Assembly: GCA_910589265.1 (NCBI GenBank)
Contig: CAJUTQ010000074.1
Location: 14,353 to 78,352, forward strand
From: an uncultured Lachnospiraceae bacterium
GTDB lineage: Bacteria; Bacillota; Clostridia; Lachnospirales; Lachnospiraceae
DNA: 64,000 nt
Reading direction: 5' to 3'
In this document: positions 9,400 through 18,994 of the stretch, in pieces
Position numbering within the stretch: the first letter of the stretch is position 1
Layout of the letters: the number at the start of each line of letters is the position of its first letter
The notes under the pieces: model-generated
Databases searched by the model: none
What the model was told of the DNA's origin: nothing
Seen by the model: the letters and a program-made list of their open reading frames with translations, nothing else
Program-made: the position numbers and the translations under genes

Positions 9400-11124
9400 T
9401 TACGAATTTAAATCCATCATTGCCTTTGTCAACTCTTCTAATTTTTTATCTGCGTCTTCAAGGCTCTCACCTTTTATCCCCATATAAAACTTAAGCTTTG
9501 GCTCTGTTCCAGAAGGTCTGGCACAGCACCAGGAATCATTGCTTAAGTCAAAGTATAATACGTTTGACTTGGGCAGTCCAGTTTTATTCACCTCTCCTGT
9601 CTTCTGGTTTAATACTTGATCTGCCTCATAGTCTCTCACAAATAAAACATCCCAATCCCCTAATTTTTTTGGAGGGTTCTTTCTCAAGTTTTCCATAATA
9701 GACTGAATTTTTTCTGCCCCTTCAATTCCCTTTAATGTCATTGTGTGGAGTCCTTCTTTATAATATCCATACTGTGCATAAATTTCCAGCATCTGATCCC
9801 AGACTGTCTTTCCTTCCTTTTTACAAAAGGCAGCTACCTCGCATAAACTCATAACAGCTACAACGGCATCTTTGTCCCTTGCATGAGTACCTACCAAACA
9901 GCCATAACTCTCTTCTAAACCAAATATATATTCGTTGGATCCTGTTTCCTCAAAGAGCTTTATTTGCTCCCCAATATATTTAAATCCTGTGAGAACCTCT
10001 ATTAACTTCACATTGTAAGCCTTTGTCAACTGATCTGCCAAATTTGTGGTGACAATAGTTTTTATTAAAGCTCCATTCCCAGGTAAGATGCCTTTTGCCC
10101 TTTTCTCTCTGAGCAAGTATTCTGCAATAAGCATTCCCGACATGTTTCCTGTAAAAGGAATATATTCTCCACTTTTTGTATCTTTTGCATAAATACCCAG
10201 ACGATCTGCATCTGGATCTGTGGCCAATACAATATCTGCGTCTTTTTCCTTTGCCAATTTTAAAGCAAGGGTAAATGCTTTTGGATCTTCTGGATTCGGG
10301 TAATCTAATGTTGTAAAATCTGGATCTGGCAGCTCTTGTTCAGGAACAACATATACATGTTTAAAGCCCAATTCTTTTAGTATTCTTCTTACTGGTATAT
10401 TTCCTGTTCCATGGAAGGGAGTATATACAATTTTTATGTCATCTGCCATTTCTTCAATAATCTCTGGATGAACAATTTGTTTTTTTAGCTCTTCCATATA
10501 AGCATCGTCTATCTGTTCCCCTATGACCTCATAAAGACCTTGCCTTTTTGCTTCTTCTTTTTCCATAATTTTTACATCATGATAATTGGTCACTTTTTTA
10601 ACTTCCTCGATGATTTCTTTGTCTTTTGGAGCTGTCACCTGCGCTCCATCTTCCCAATATACCTTATATCCATTATATTCTGGAGGATTGTGACTGGCTG
10701 TTACGACAATCCCAGAGATACAGCCTAATTTTCGGATAGCAAAAGATAGTTCTGGTGTAGGGCGCAGTGATTCAAAGACATACGTCTTGATCTTATTTGC
10801 TGCTAAACAAAGGGCCGCCTCATCTGCAAATTCTGGGGACATCCTCCTGGAATCATAGGCAATAGCTACACCCTTTTCTCCTCCCCCTTGTTTTAGAATA
10901 TAATTGGCAAGACCTTGTGTAGCCTTTCTCACAGTATATAAATTCATTCTATTTGTTCCTGCCCCAATAATTCCTCTTAGCCCACCTGTTCCAAAGTCCA
11001 GATCTTTATAAAATCGATCTTCAATCTCACCTTCCTTTCCTTCAATGCTTTTTAATTCCTCCTTTGTTTTCTCATCAAAGTAATCATCCTTTTGCCAAAA
11101 CTCATATTGTTCTCTGTAGCTCAT
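9400..11124 (-). CDS. Phosphohexomutase (phosphoglucomutase/phosphomannomutase family)
   Basis: 574 aa with the active-site block VVTASHNPPEYNGYKVY and the metal-binding block ATDPDADRLG. Confidence 0.9.
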   Translation of the reverse strand: MSYREQYEFWQKDDYFDEKTKEELKSIEGKEGEIEDRFYKDLDFGTGGLRGIIGAGTNRMNLYTVRKATQGLANYILKQGGGEKGVAIAYDSRRMSPEFADEAALCLAANKIKTYVFESLRPTPELSFAIRKLGCISGIVVTASHNPPEYNGYKVYWEDGAQVTAPKDKEIIEEVKKVTNYHDVKIMEKEEAKRQGLYEVIGEQIDDAYMEELKKQIVHPEIIEEMADDIKIVYTPFHGTGNIPVRRILKELGFKHVYVVPEQELPDPDFTTLDYPNPEDPKAFTLALKLAKEKDADIVLATDPDADRLGIYAKDTKSGEYIPFTGNMSGMLIAEYLLREKRAKGILPGNGALIKTIVTTNLADQLTKAYNVKLIEVLTGFKYIGEQIKLFEETGSNEYIFGLEESYGCLVGTHARDKDAVVAVMSLCEVAAFCKKEGKTVWDQMLEIYAQYGYYKEGLHTMTLKGIEGAEKIQSIMENLRKNPPKKLGDWDVLFVRDYEADQVLNQKTGEVNKTGLPKSNVLYFDLSNDSWCCARPSGTEPKLKFYMGIKGESLEDADKKLEELTKAMMDLNS

Positions 11125-11153
11125 CGTACATCCTCCATTCTAATAACTATTTT

Positions 11154-13178
11154 TTACACCATGCTTTTGACGTGTTCACCTCCGCCAATTACATAGTTGC
11201 TATAATCAAGGGAAAAGTTCACATTAAAATAAGGATCTCCCTTTTCAAGGTGTTTTTTCCACTTTTCCCGAAAGCGGGCACATTCTTTTTCGTAACGTTC
11301 TCCATTGGTCTTATTGGCAGAATCATCGTCCCTTCCCCTGGATTGAGATTCATAATGAAAGAGTTCTGCAAAGGGAGTAAATATATTTAAATATCCTTTC
11401 TCCCTTAACTTCAAACAAAAATCCACATCATTTAAGGCTACTTTGAATTCCTCATCCAAGCCTCCTACCTCTTCATATTGCTTTTTAGATACCATCATAC
11501 ATGCACCCGTCACTGCTGTCACGTTTTGCGCATAGCAGAGACGTCCCATATATCCTAAATTATCTTTTCCCATTTTATAATGGGTATGCCCTGCCGTTCT
11601 ATGGGCTCCAAGTCCAAGGACAATCCCAGCATGTTGTATTGCATAGTTTCCATAATAGAGCATGCAGCCGACAGCTCCTACATCTTTTCTCTGGGCATAC
11701 ATAAGTAATTCTTCAATCCAATTTCTTGTCACAACTTCCGTGTCATTATTTAACAGTATTAAGTATTCCCCCTTTGCTTCCTTCTCACCCATGTTGTTCA
11801 CAGCTGAATAATTAAATTCTTTCTTCCAATGAAGCACCTGAATACGGGGATTTTTTTCTATTTGTTCATAATACACAAACGTCTCTTCTTCTTCACTATT
11901 GTTTTCCAAGACAAGTATCTCATAATTATCATAAGAACTTTTTTCCAATATAGAATTGATACACCGCTCTAGCTCTTCTCTATGATCCTTATTCGGTATC
12001 ATAATGGATATTTTCGGATTTCCCAAAATAGCATAGCGGATGCGGAAAATAGTTTCAAAGGCTCTGGAACTTTCTATTTTAAAATTTTGAAATCCACTGG
12101 AAGTCAAGTGAGCAGCCACTGCGCCTTTTGCTGCATCAATGGCATAAGACTTAGCCTGTATATCTGATGCAACGCTTCCTGCATGAGAACGCCAATAATA
12201 AAGCATCTTTGGAACATGGACAATATTCTTTGCCTCCGCTGTCAGCCGCAATACCATGTCGTGATCCTGGCTCCCGTCAAATTTACTTCGAAACAATTCC
12301 TTTCCTTCCAATAGTTTGGAAGAAAAGACAGAAAAATGGCAAATATAATTATTTGCCCTTAGATTATCAATGGCAAAATCTGGTTTAAAGTGCATGGTAA
12401 CCATATCGTTTATACTATTTCCCTGAAAGGTTGTCTCGTCGCAATATATGTAGTCTGCATTTTGATCACAGATTACTTTCATGTATTCGTAGAGAACACA
12501 CGGATGAAGAATGTCGTCATGGTCAAAAAGCCCTATATATTCTCCTGTGGCCAATTGGTAACATATATTCGTATTCCCTGAAATACCTAAGTTTTTCTCA
12601 ATTTTCTTATACTTTATACGGGAAGCTCCTCTGTAAGAGTCATTATCCCTATACTGGCAGCAAATACGTCCTACTTCCTCATGTTCCTTGTCCGAACCAT
12701 CTCCTAAACATAGCTCCCAGTTTTCATAAGTTTGCTCCAGTACAGACTCTATCATTTCCCGTAAAAAGGATTCTGGCGTATTGTATAAAGGTACAAGAAT
12801 ACTAAATGTAATATCTTTTGAAAACAAAGTATCCCTTTGTCCTTTCCTCACCTCCTCAGTAGGGAAGCTTCCTGTTCCATACATCTCATAAGCCTTTCTC
12901 TCAATCATCTTGCTTTTCACTTTTTTTATAAAACTTTTAAGATTTGGATAACGTTTAATGCGAATAAATAAATTTTTAAAATGGCTCCATGCCAGCCGAA
13001 ATGGATAAACCATTCTCCATATTTTACTATTATGAATATTGTCTAAGTGAAATTGGGCATCCGCTGCTTTCTGTTCTGCAGCTACAAGCTGTTCTGTCAA
13101 TTCTTTGCTTTTTTTCATCTCCCTTTTATACAAACTTTTGTAATATTCCAGTTGTGCATGTAAGTCTTCCTGATTCAT
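11154..13178 (-). CDS. Two-domain GT2 glycosyltransferase with N-terminal coiled-coil (polymerising type)
   Basis: 674 aa. The N-terminus MNQEDLHAQLEYYKSLYKREMKKSKELTEQLVAAEQKAADAQ is heptad-like. GT-A domain 1 has FSILVPLYNTPESFLREMIESVLEQTYENWELCLGDGS and domain 2 has ISIMIPNKDHREELERCINSILEKSSYDNYEILVLENNS. Confidence 0.85.
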   Translation of the reverse strand: MNQEDLHAQLEYYKSLYKREMKKSKELTEQLVAAEQKAADAQFHLDNIHNSKIWRMVYPFRLAWSHFKNLFIRIKRYPNLKSFIKKVKSKMIERKAYEMYGTGSFPTEEVRKGQRDTLFSKDITFSILVPLYNTPESFLREMIESVLEQTYENWELCLGDGSDKEHEEVGRICCQYRDNDSYRGASRIKYKKIEKNLGISGNTNICYQLATGEYIGLFDHDDILHPCVLYEYMKVICDQNADYIYCDETTFQGNSINDMVTMHFKPDFAIDNLRANNYICHFSVFSSKLLEGKELFRSKFDGSQDHDMVLRLTAEAKNIVHVPKMLYYWRSHAGSVASDIQAKSYAIDAAKGAVAAHLTSSGFQNFKIESSRAFETIFRIRYAILGNPKISIMIPNKDHREELERCINSILEKSSYDNYEILVLENNSEEEETFVYYEQIEKNPRIQVLHWKKEFNYSAVNNMGEKEAKGEYLILLNNDTEVVTRNWIEELLMYAQRKDVGAVGCMLYYGNYAIQHAGIVLGLGAHRTAGHTHYKMGKDNLGYMGRLCYAQNVTAVTGACMMVSKKQYEEVGGLDEEFKVALNDVDFCLKLREKGYLNIFTPFAELFHYESQSRGRDDDSANKTNGERYEKECARFREKWKKHLEKGDPYFNVNFSLDYSNYVIGGGEHVKSMV

Positions 13179-13206
13179 GATCTTTCTTCTATCCTTCCCA
13201 TCCCCA

Positions 13207-15357
13207 TTATGCTTCCTCCATATGAATTTCTCCTGTATAGTAAAGTTGTTTGGAACATTTGGATTTTGCTAAAATACCTATTTTTACCTTTTCTTGAAAA
13301 TGATAAAGTTCTCCCATTGTTTCTTCTAACTGACTCTTTGTGACTTTACATACAAATCCTGCCAAATCTGTTCCCCTCACATCAGGGAAAACTTCCACAA
13401 CATCGGGACGCAGCTTGTCAAAAACGGAAACCAAACATTTCCTATCATTATACCCTAAAACAATATATCTTTCAAATTCCCAATTATCATGCCTTGTGAG
13501 CAAAGACCAGCCGCTTATGGCAAAGTGATCTTCACTTTGGGATTCTACTCCCAAAACCCACTGGACAGACTCAATCGTATACTCAAAGTATTCCTTTTTC
13601 TCTTGTCTTGGAAGTTCTGGCACTTTCACATTTACTTTTCCAAACAGTCCTCTCATTCTCCACTTTGGCACATAATCTGGAATATAAGTAATATCATCTT
13701 GAATCAAATTTTCATTATAAAAGGGATCCTTTCCTACAAGCCAGGAATGGAGCTCATAAAAAATTTTTCTTTCCTCCATAAGCCTCTTATGCTTTTCCTC
13801 ATCCTTCCCTTCTTTTCCCCTAGAAAGAGATTCATAATGATAGAGGGCAATATCATTTCGAATCACATTATAATAGCCTACTTCCAACAAGGAGACACAT
13901 AAATCCACATCTCCATATCCTACCCTTAATTCCTCCTTAAATCCTCCACATCTTTCATATCTATCTCTTTTCAGAAAAAGGCAGGCACCAGTCACTCCCA
14001 GTACATTGTACGTCATTTTATTTCGTCCAAAGTAGTAACTGTCTTTATCTGGATAGGTAGCCAATTTATGGGAAGGACCAACAGATAAATTCGTAATTCC
14101 TACATGCTGGATAGTTTTCGTATTTGGATAGAGAAGCTTTACTCCCACAGCCCCTATGTGGGGCAGAGTAGCCTGTTCTACTAATTTCATAAGCCAATCT
14201 CTTCCAATATTTTCCGGCAACTCTATATCATCATTTAAAAATAAGAAATATTGCCCATTGGATTGTTCCACACCAATTTCATTCATTTTGGAATAATTAA
14301 ACTCCATTTTCCGGCATATGTACTGGAAAGGAAACTGGGCGGCCAAAAGGCTTAAATCCATGGCTGTCTCTTCCTGACTGCCATTATCTACGACAATCAG
14401 TTCATAATTACTGTAATCTGTGTATCGTTTCAAAGAATTTAAGCATCGAAGAAGAACATTTTTATTATCTTTAGAAGGTATAATAATAGACACTTTTGGA
14501 TTGTCTTTCTTTATATCTTTAAATAGTTTCCCATATCCCCTTCTCATAATGGCTTCTTCTTTAATATCTAAATATTTCTTCTGATCTTTTACTGGGAATC
14601 TCTCTCTTTCTCTTACAAGCTCTCCTTCATCAATTCCCCATCGATGATAGAGGACTGAGGGAATGTGTTCTATGACTTCTGCTCTTTCTGTCGCCTTTAA
14701 CAGAAAATCATAAAAGATAATGTCAAAATCTCCTCCCTTTTTTACAGAAATTTCTTCTGCCAAAGCTTTTTTTACGCAGACTGCCTCCCGAAAATAGCAA
14801 AAGGACATAAAGGTATCTGGTGACCAGTCTGGCTTAAACCATGGATTATGCCTGTATTCTCTCTCCTGTCCCCCATCTTCCTCCCCATCTCTGTTCATTC
14901 CAATAGATACATCTAGTTCATCGCTGTCCCCATATAAGATATCTGGATCTAGCCCTTTTTTCTTTAGCTCTTGTATCCGGTTCATAAAAATCCACAAAGC
15001 CTGTTCATGAAGTACACCCTTTGCGTGGACAAATAAAATATATTCCCCTCCCACTCCTGTAAAGTCCAAACTGTTGAAACGATTCACAATCTGTATATTC
15101 TTATAGGACTGCGCTACAATAGATTCTTTACAAAAAGCTGTTTCATCTTCAGATAAATATCCATCTTGAAATAAATAAACAGAAATCATCGGCGTATCTG
15201 CTATTAAATTTTTTTTCAAAGGAAGTTTTTCTTTTTCTGTCATCCATCCATAATATGGATCCCTTTGTTTCCTTGCTTCTTCCTCATACTCCCTTTTATA
15301 TATTTTCGCCATCATCCGCCCTGTTTTCAGCCAGCTGATGAATCCTTCCTTTTTCAT
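13207..15357 (-). CDS. Multidomain GT2 glycosyltransferase with an unassigned C-terminal ~170-aa domain
   Basis: 716 aa with a central GT-A domain (VSIIIPSKDNKNVLLRCLNSLKRYTDYSNYELIVVDNGSQEE; LNDDIE) and a degenerate N-terminal GT-A-like region. The annotated start overlaps the upstream gene by 62 nt, so an internal Met at about 15315 is possible. Confidence 0.8.
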   Translation of the reverse strand: MKKEGFISWLKTGRMMAKIYKREYEEEARKQRDPYYGWMTEKEKLPLKKNLIADTPMISVYLFQDGYLSEDETAFCKESIVAQSYKNIQIVNRFNSLDFTGVGGEYILFVHAKGVLHEQALWIFMNRIQELKKKGLDPDILYGDSDELDVSIGMNRDGEEDGGQEREYRHNPWFKPDWSPDTFMSFCYFREAVCVKKALAEEISVKKGGDFDIIFYDFLLKATERAEVIEHIPSVLYHRWGIDEGELVRERERFPVKDQKKYLDIKEEAIMRRGYGKLFKDIKKDNPKVSIIIPSKDNKNVLLRCLNSLKRYTDYSNYELIVVDNGSQEETAMDLSLLAAQFPFQYICRKMEFNYSKMNEIGVEQSNGQYFLFLNDDIELPENIGRDWLMKLVEQATLPHIGAVGVKLLYPNTKTIQHVGITNLSVGPSHKLATYPDKDSYYFGRNKMTYNVLGVTGACLFLKRDRYERCGGFKEELRVGYGDVDLCVSLLEVGYYNVIRNDIALYHYESLSRGKEGKDEEKHKRLMEERKIFYELHSWLVGKDPFYNENLIQDDITYIPDYVPKWRMRGLFGKVNVKVPELPRQEKKEYFEYTIESVQWVLGVESQSEDHFAISGWSLLTRHDNWEFERYIVLGYNDRKCLVSVFDKLRPDVVEVFPDVRGTDLAGFVCKVTKSQLEETMGELYHFQEKVKIGILAKSKCSKQLYYTGEIHMEEA

Positions 15358-17644
15358 CTTCCACCTCTAATATATTTCCCAGCATAGCTTTAAATCCTAA
15401 AGCTTCCAAAGTATCTATAGTTTCTTCCTCTATATATTCTTCCTCTTCATCCATCTGCCCTTCCATTTCCTCCATATTTTTTTCAGCCAGTTCTTGCTTG
15501 AATTCTTCTATACTAGATAAAATTCCTTTAAAAAGACTGTCCTCTAATATATCTACTGTATACTCCAGATGAAAAAATTCTTCTTTTCCTGTTAATTCTT
15601 CTACAATAATTTGAGCGTCATCTGTTGGGAAAAGAATAATGTGTTCCTTCCCTACTTCTCCATTTACATAATAGAGAAATCCATTTCTCCCCTTACAAGA
15701 AAATTCATGGATTTTAAGAATACAGGGAAATTCTGTAGGATCAATCCTAATTCTTACAATACCTGGCTCAACAGGGATATCTACTGAAACTCTCTTTTCC
15801 TTTGACACATTTCCTCTTAGTCTTCGCATCCCATCAGGCTGAAAATCATTCCCATAATCATAATAGACTTTCACTACATGAAGCTCCTTCATCTGAGTGC
15901 CATCTTGTACTAGCTTTCGAAAATCTAAAGTAAGACCTGCTATCAAAGCATAGGCCACATGAAGAGAAACGGTATCTCCAACAATAAACTTTTGAAAGTG
16001 ATGTTCCATCTTTTGAAAAGCTTCTATTTCATCCTTGGATAAATGAAAATATTCAAAAATTCCTCCCTGAATAAAATCTGCAAATGCCTTTCTCTTTGGG
16101 GAACGTATATAATAATATAAGGCCCTATATAAAATAAATTTCATAGGAATGGGAAAAGAAAAAGTCCACTCATAATCAATGACATGCCACTGCTCTTCTT
16201 TTTCTGTCGTCACTAAAATGTTGTCAAAAATTAAATCAATATCCGAGACTGGGGCCCATTTGAACTCCTCCCCCAACTCCCATGGGCCAAAAACTTCTAT
16301 AAAAGAATCCCCTATCTCAAGCTTATTTTTATCACATATTTCCAAAAGCATGTCTCTATATTCCGAAATAAGGCGAAGCATATTGTCATATTCCTTTTTC
16401 TGTAACAGAACATCCAGTCTGCTCTCTAAAGTCTCTCCTTCAATATATTGAAAAACTGCTCTTTCTTGCTCCAACCCCAAAAAACGGTTTGGCACAAATT
16501 TTGTCTTATCAAATAACTGTCCTAGTTTTTTATGATGTTCTTTTAAAGCACTAATATGAACAGCTGCCTCTTTTGTAAGGGCTGTTTTTTTCACCTTTCT
16601 AGTCTTTTCTTCCTCCTCTGTTATGTCTGTCCGAATCATCCTATCTTTTGCCCGTTCATTAGAATATTTTACATATAAGATTTTTTCTTTTTCATATTGT
16701 ATATTCCCTTTTTCTTCTCCTGCAATTACGAGAAAAGAGTTAGAGTAAAAAGGAAACATTTCATTTTCAATAAGTCCGTCATATACCTTCGTCTCGTCAA
16801 AAAGTACAACTCTGTCCCCATCAAAATTTCTTAAATTATCTTTTAATTCTCCCTTTTGAGGTAAATATTTATCTGAATAAATGAAAATGGGAAATTTATA
16901 GTCTGGATAAGGATAATAAAATTCGTGGAACAACCCATTCTCTTCCATTAATCTACTTATTTCCTTCTTGGAAAATGTTCTTACCCCAGAGCTTTCTTCA
17001 TATCCTTCCAAGCCTTCAAAATACTTCCCCACATGATCTTCTTTACATCCAGCCCAATACTTTAGTCCATATTTATTTTCTATTGCAATAACAATTTTTC
17101 CTTCCTTGGCCAGGTGGCTCTTTATAATTTCAAGAAAACGGAAATAAGGATTTGTTCCCTGAAGATAGGAAGACCCATACTCAAATACCCCAATAAGCAT
17201 AATATAGTCAAATTTGTCTTCTAAAGTCTTTTCAATTTCTTGAAAATTCCCCACTTTAATTTCAATATTACTTTTATCCTGATTACGGTATGCATTTATA
17301 AGACTTCGTTTTTTGCTTAATTCAATACAGGTGACCTCCTTGGCTTTATTTGCCAATGTTCCTGTAATAGCCCCACATCCAGAGCCAATTTCCAGCACCT
17401 TATGCTCTTTGCTAATAGGAAGCCACTCCACAATATTTCCTCTAATATGGGACAAATGATATAACACTGGCCAGGACCACTGGCCTATAATAATTTCATT
17501 AAATTTCGTTTCTTTATGATTTTTCACTACTTCTAGAAGTAAATCCTCACTAGCTCCCTCGCTATAATAATCCTGCCCTGAATATTGGCTGTAATCTAAT
17601 ACTACATTCCCTATCTTTTCTCTCATATTTCTGTTTCCTGTCAT
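15296..17644 (-). CDS. WbdD-like chain-terminator candidate: class I SAM methyltransferase plus kinase-like domain plus C-terminal domain
   Basis: 782 aa. SAM motif I VLEIGSGCGAITGTLA lies near residue 85. The centre has FQYIEGETL, DIDLIFDNILV and WHVIDYEW, resembling the hinge, catalytic loop and DFG-equivalent of APH-like kinases. Acidic C-terminal tail. Confidence 0.7.
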   Translation of the reverse strand: MTGNRNMREKIGNVVLDYSQYSGQDYYSEGASEDLLLEVVKNHKETKFNEIIIGQWSWPVLYHLSHIRGNIVEWLPISKEHKVLEIGSGCGAITGTLANKAKEVTCIELSKKRSLINAYRNQDKSNIEIKVGNFQEIEKTLEDKFDYIMLIGVFEYGSSYLQGTNPYFRFLEIIKSHLAKEGKIVIAIENKYGLKYWAGCKEDHVGKYFEGLEGYEESSGVRTFSKKEISRLMEENGLFHEFYYPYPDYKFPIFIYSDKYLPQKGELKDNLRNFDGDRVVLFDETKVYDGLIENEMFPFYSNSFLVIAGEEKGNIQYEKEKILYVKYSNERAKDRMIRTDITEEEEKTRKVKKTALTKEAAVHISALKEHHKKLGQLFDKTKFVPNRFLGLEQERAVFQYIEGETLESRLDVLLQKKEYDNMLRLISEYRDMLLEICDKNKLEIGDSFIEVFGPWELGEEFKWAPVSDIDLIFDNILVTTEKEEQWHVIDYEWTFSFPIPMKFILYRALYYYIRSPKRKAFADFIQGGIFEYFHLSKDEIEAFQKMEHHFQKFIVGDTVSLHVAYALIAGLTLDFRKLVQDGTQMKELHVVKVYYDYGNDFQPDGMRRLRGNVSKEKRVSVDIPVEPGIVRIRIDPTEFPCILKIHEFSCKGRNGFLYYVNGEVGKEHIILFPTDDAQIIVEELTGKEEFFHLEYTVDILEDSLFKGILSSIEEFKQELAEKNMEEMEGQMDEEEEYIEEETIDTLEALGFKAMLGNILEVEDEKGRIHQLAENRADDGENI

Positions 17645-17674
17645 CCTTAGGACAATACATCCTTACATTATTTT

Positions 17675-18994
17675 TTAAACGACTTTTTCAATTATTATTT
17701 CCGTATTCATATCATAATATCCAACAGAATCTTTGGAGGAGATAACATTAATGCTAAATAAGTCATACATTCTATGATATACTGTAAATTCCCCATCTCT
17801 GTATCCTACACATCCTAAAGAAATTAAGTATTCTCCTCCTTGGAGATCCATATTCTGTTTAAAATGATAAATATATACCTCTCCTGGTCCTGGTGTGCCT
17901 GTGTTCATTTTTTCAAACATAGTATTTGTTCCTGTTATTTCCACACCCATTCTGTTTTTAAAAGACACTGCAATGATGGGATCTTGTATTTTATCAAAAA
18001 ATCTTACTTTCACCCGAATTGTACAAGCTTCCCCTTTTATAAGGCTGTTGCTTATATTTCCATCTGCATCTAAAGCGCAGAAATCAATAAACTTTGCCAG
18101 TTCATTTCCATATTCATCCAAATCTGGGTTTAGCACCATTTGATCCTTCCAAGAAGATTGGGCTTTTTTTGGCAAGGTAGTCTGTTTTGCCCTCTCCTCT
18201 TTTTGTGCATCCAACTGGTGAACAAGCACCTTTTTATACATATCAATTATTTCTTTCGGTTCTCCCTCCCCTATTTTAGCGCCCTTTTCCAAGAGAATAA
18301 CTCTATCACAATATTTACTAATGCTGCTTAAATCATGGCTGACAAAAAGAATAGTCTTTCCCTGTTTTTTAAAATCCTCAAATTTTCGGTAACATTTGTT
18401 TTGAAAAAAAACATCTCCTACAGATAACGCTTCGTCCACAATTAAAATTTCTGGGTCTATGTTAATGGCTACTGCAAAGGCTAAACGGACAAACATTCCG
18501 CTGGAATAGGTTTTTACTTTCTGGTACACAAATTCTCCAATATCGGCAAATTCTAAAATGTCATCCAGCTTTTCATGTATTTCTTCCTCAGAAAACCCTG
18601 TCATTGTACCATTTAAATAAATATTTTCCACTCCTGTGAACTCCATGTTAAATCCAGCCCCCAATTCTAGCAAGGCGGATATTCTTCCATGAATCCTCAC
18701 ATCTCCCTCTGTCTGATTTAAAACACCCGTAATAATTTTTAAAATTGTAGATTTTCCCGATCCATTTGTTCCAATGATTCCAACTGTCTCTCCTTGTCTT
18801 ACTTCCATAGATACATCTTTTAAGGCATAGTGTTCCTTATAGTGTACCTTTCCCCTCCCTATTCCAAAAGCTTCTTTAATTCTATCTCTGTTTCTCTCAT
18901 ACAACTTATAAACTTTGCTTACATTATCTACCTTAATTGCAATATCTTCCATTTCCCTAACCATGTCCTTTCCAAATATATCCCTTTTTATCAC
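17675..18994 (-). CDS. Polysaccharide ABC exporter ATP-binding protein (Wzt/TagH-like) with an extra C-terminal beta-rich domain
   Basis: Walker A GTNGSGKST, signature YSSGM, Walker B ILIVDEALSVGD. About 180 further residues (FIDFCALDADGNISNSLIKGEACTIRVKVRF...) sit where Wzt C-terminal glycan-binding domains occur. Confidence 0.85.
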   Translation of the reverse strand: MIKRDIFGKDMVREMEDIAIKVDNVSKVYKLYERNRDRIKEAFGIGRGKVHYKEHYALKDVSMEVRQGETVGIIGTNGSGKSTILKIITGVLNQTEGDVRIHGRISALLELGAGFNMEFTGVENIYLNGTMTGFSEEEIHEKLDDILEFADIGEFVYQKVKTYSSGMFVRLAFAVAINIDPEILIVDEALSVGDVFFQNKCYRKFEDFKKQGKTILFVSHDLSSISKYCDRVILLEKGAKIGEGEPKEIIDMYKKVLVHQLDAQKEERAKQTTLPKKAQSSWKDQMVLNPDLDEYGNELAKFIDFCALDADGNISNSLIKGEACTIRVKVRFFDKIQDPIIAVSFKNRMGVEITGTNTMFEKMNTGTPGPGEVYIYHFKQNMDLQGGEYLISLGCVGYRDGEFTVYHRMYDLFSINVISSKDSVGYYDMNTEIIIEKVV

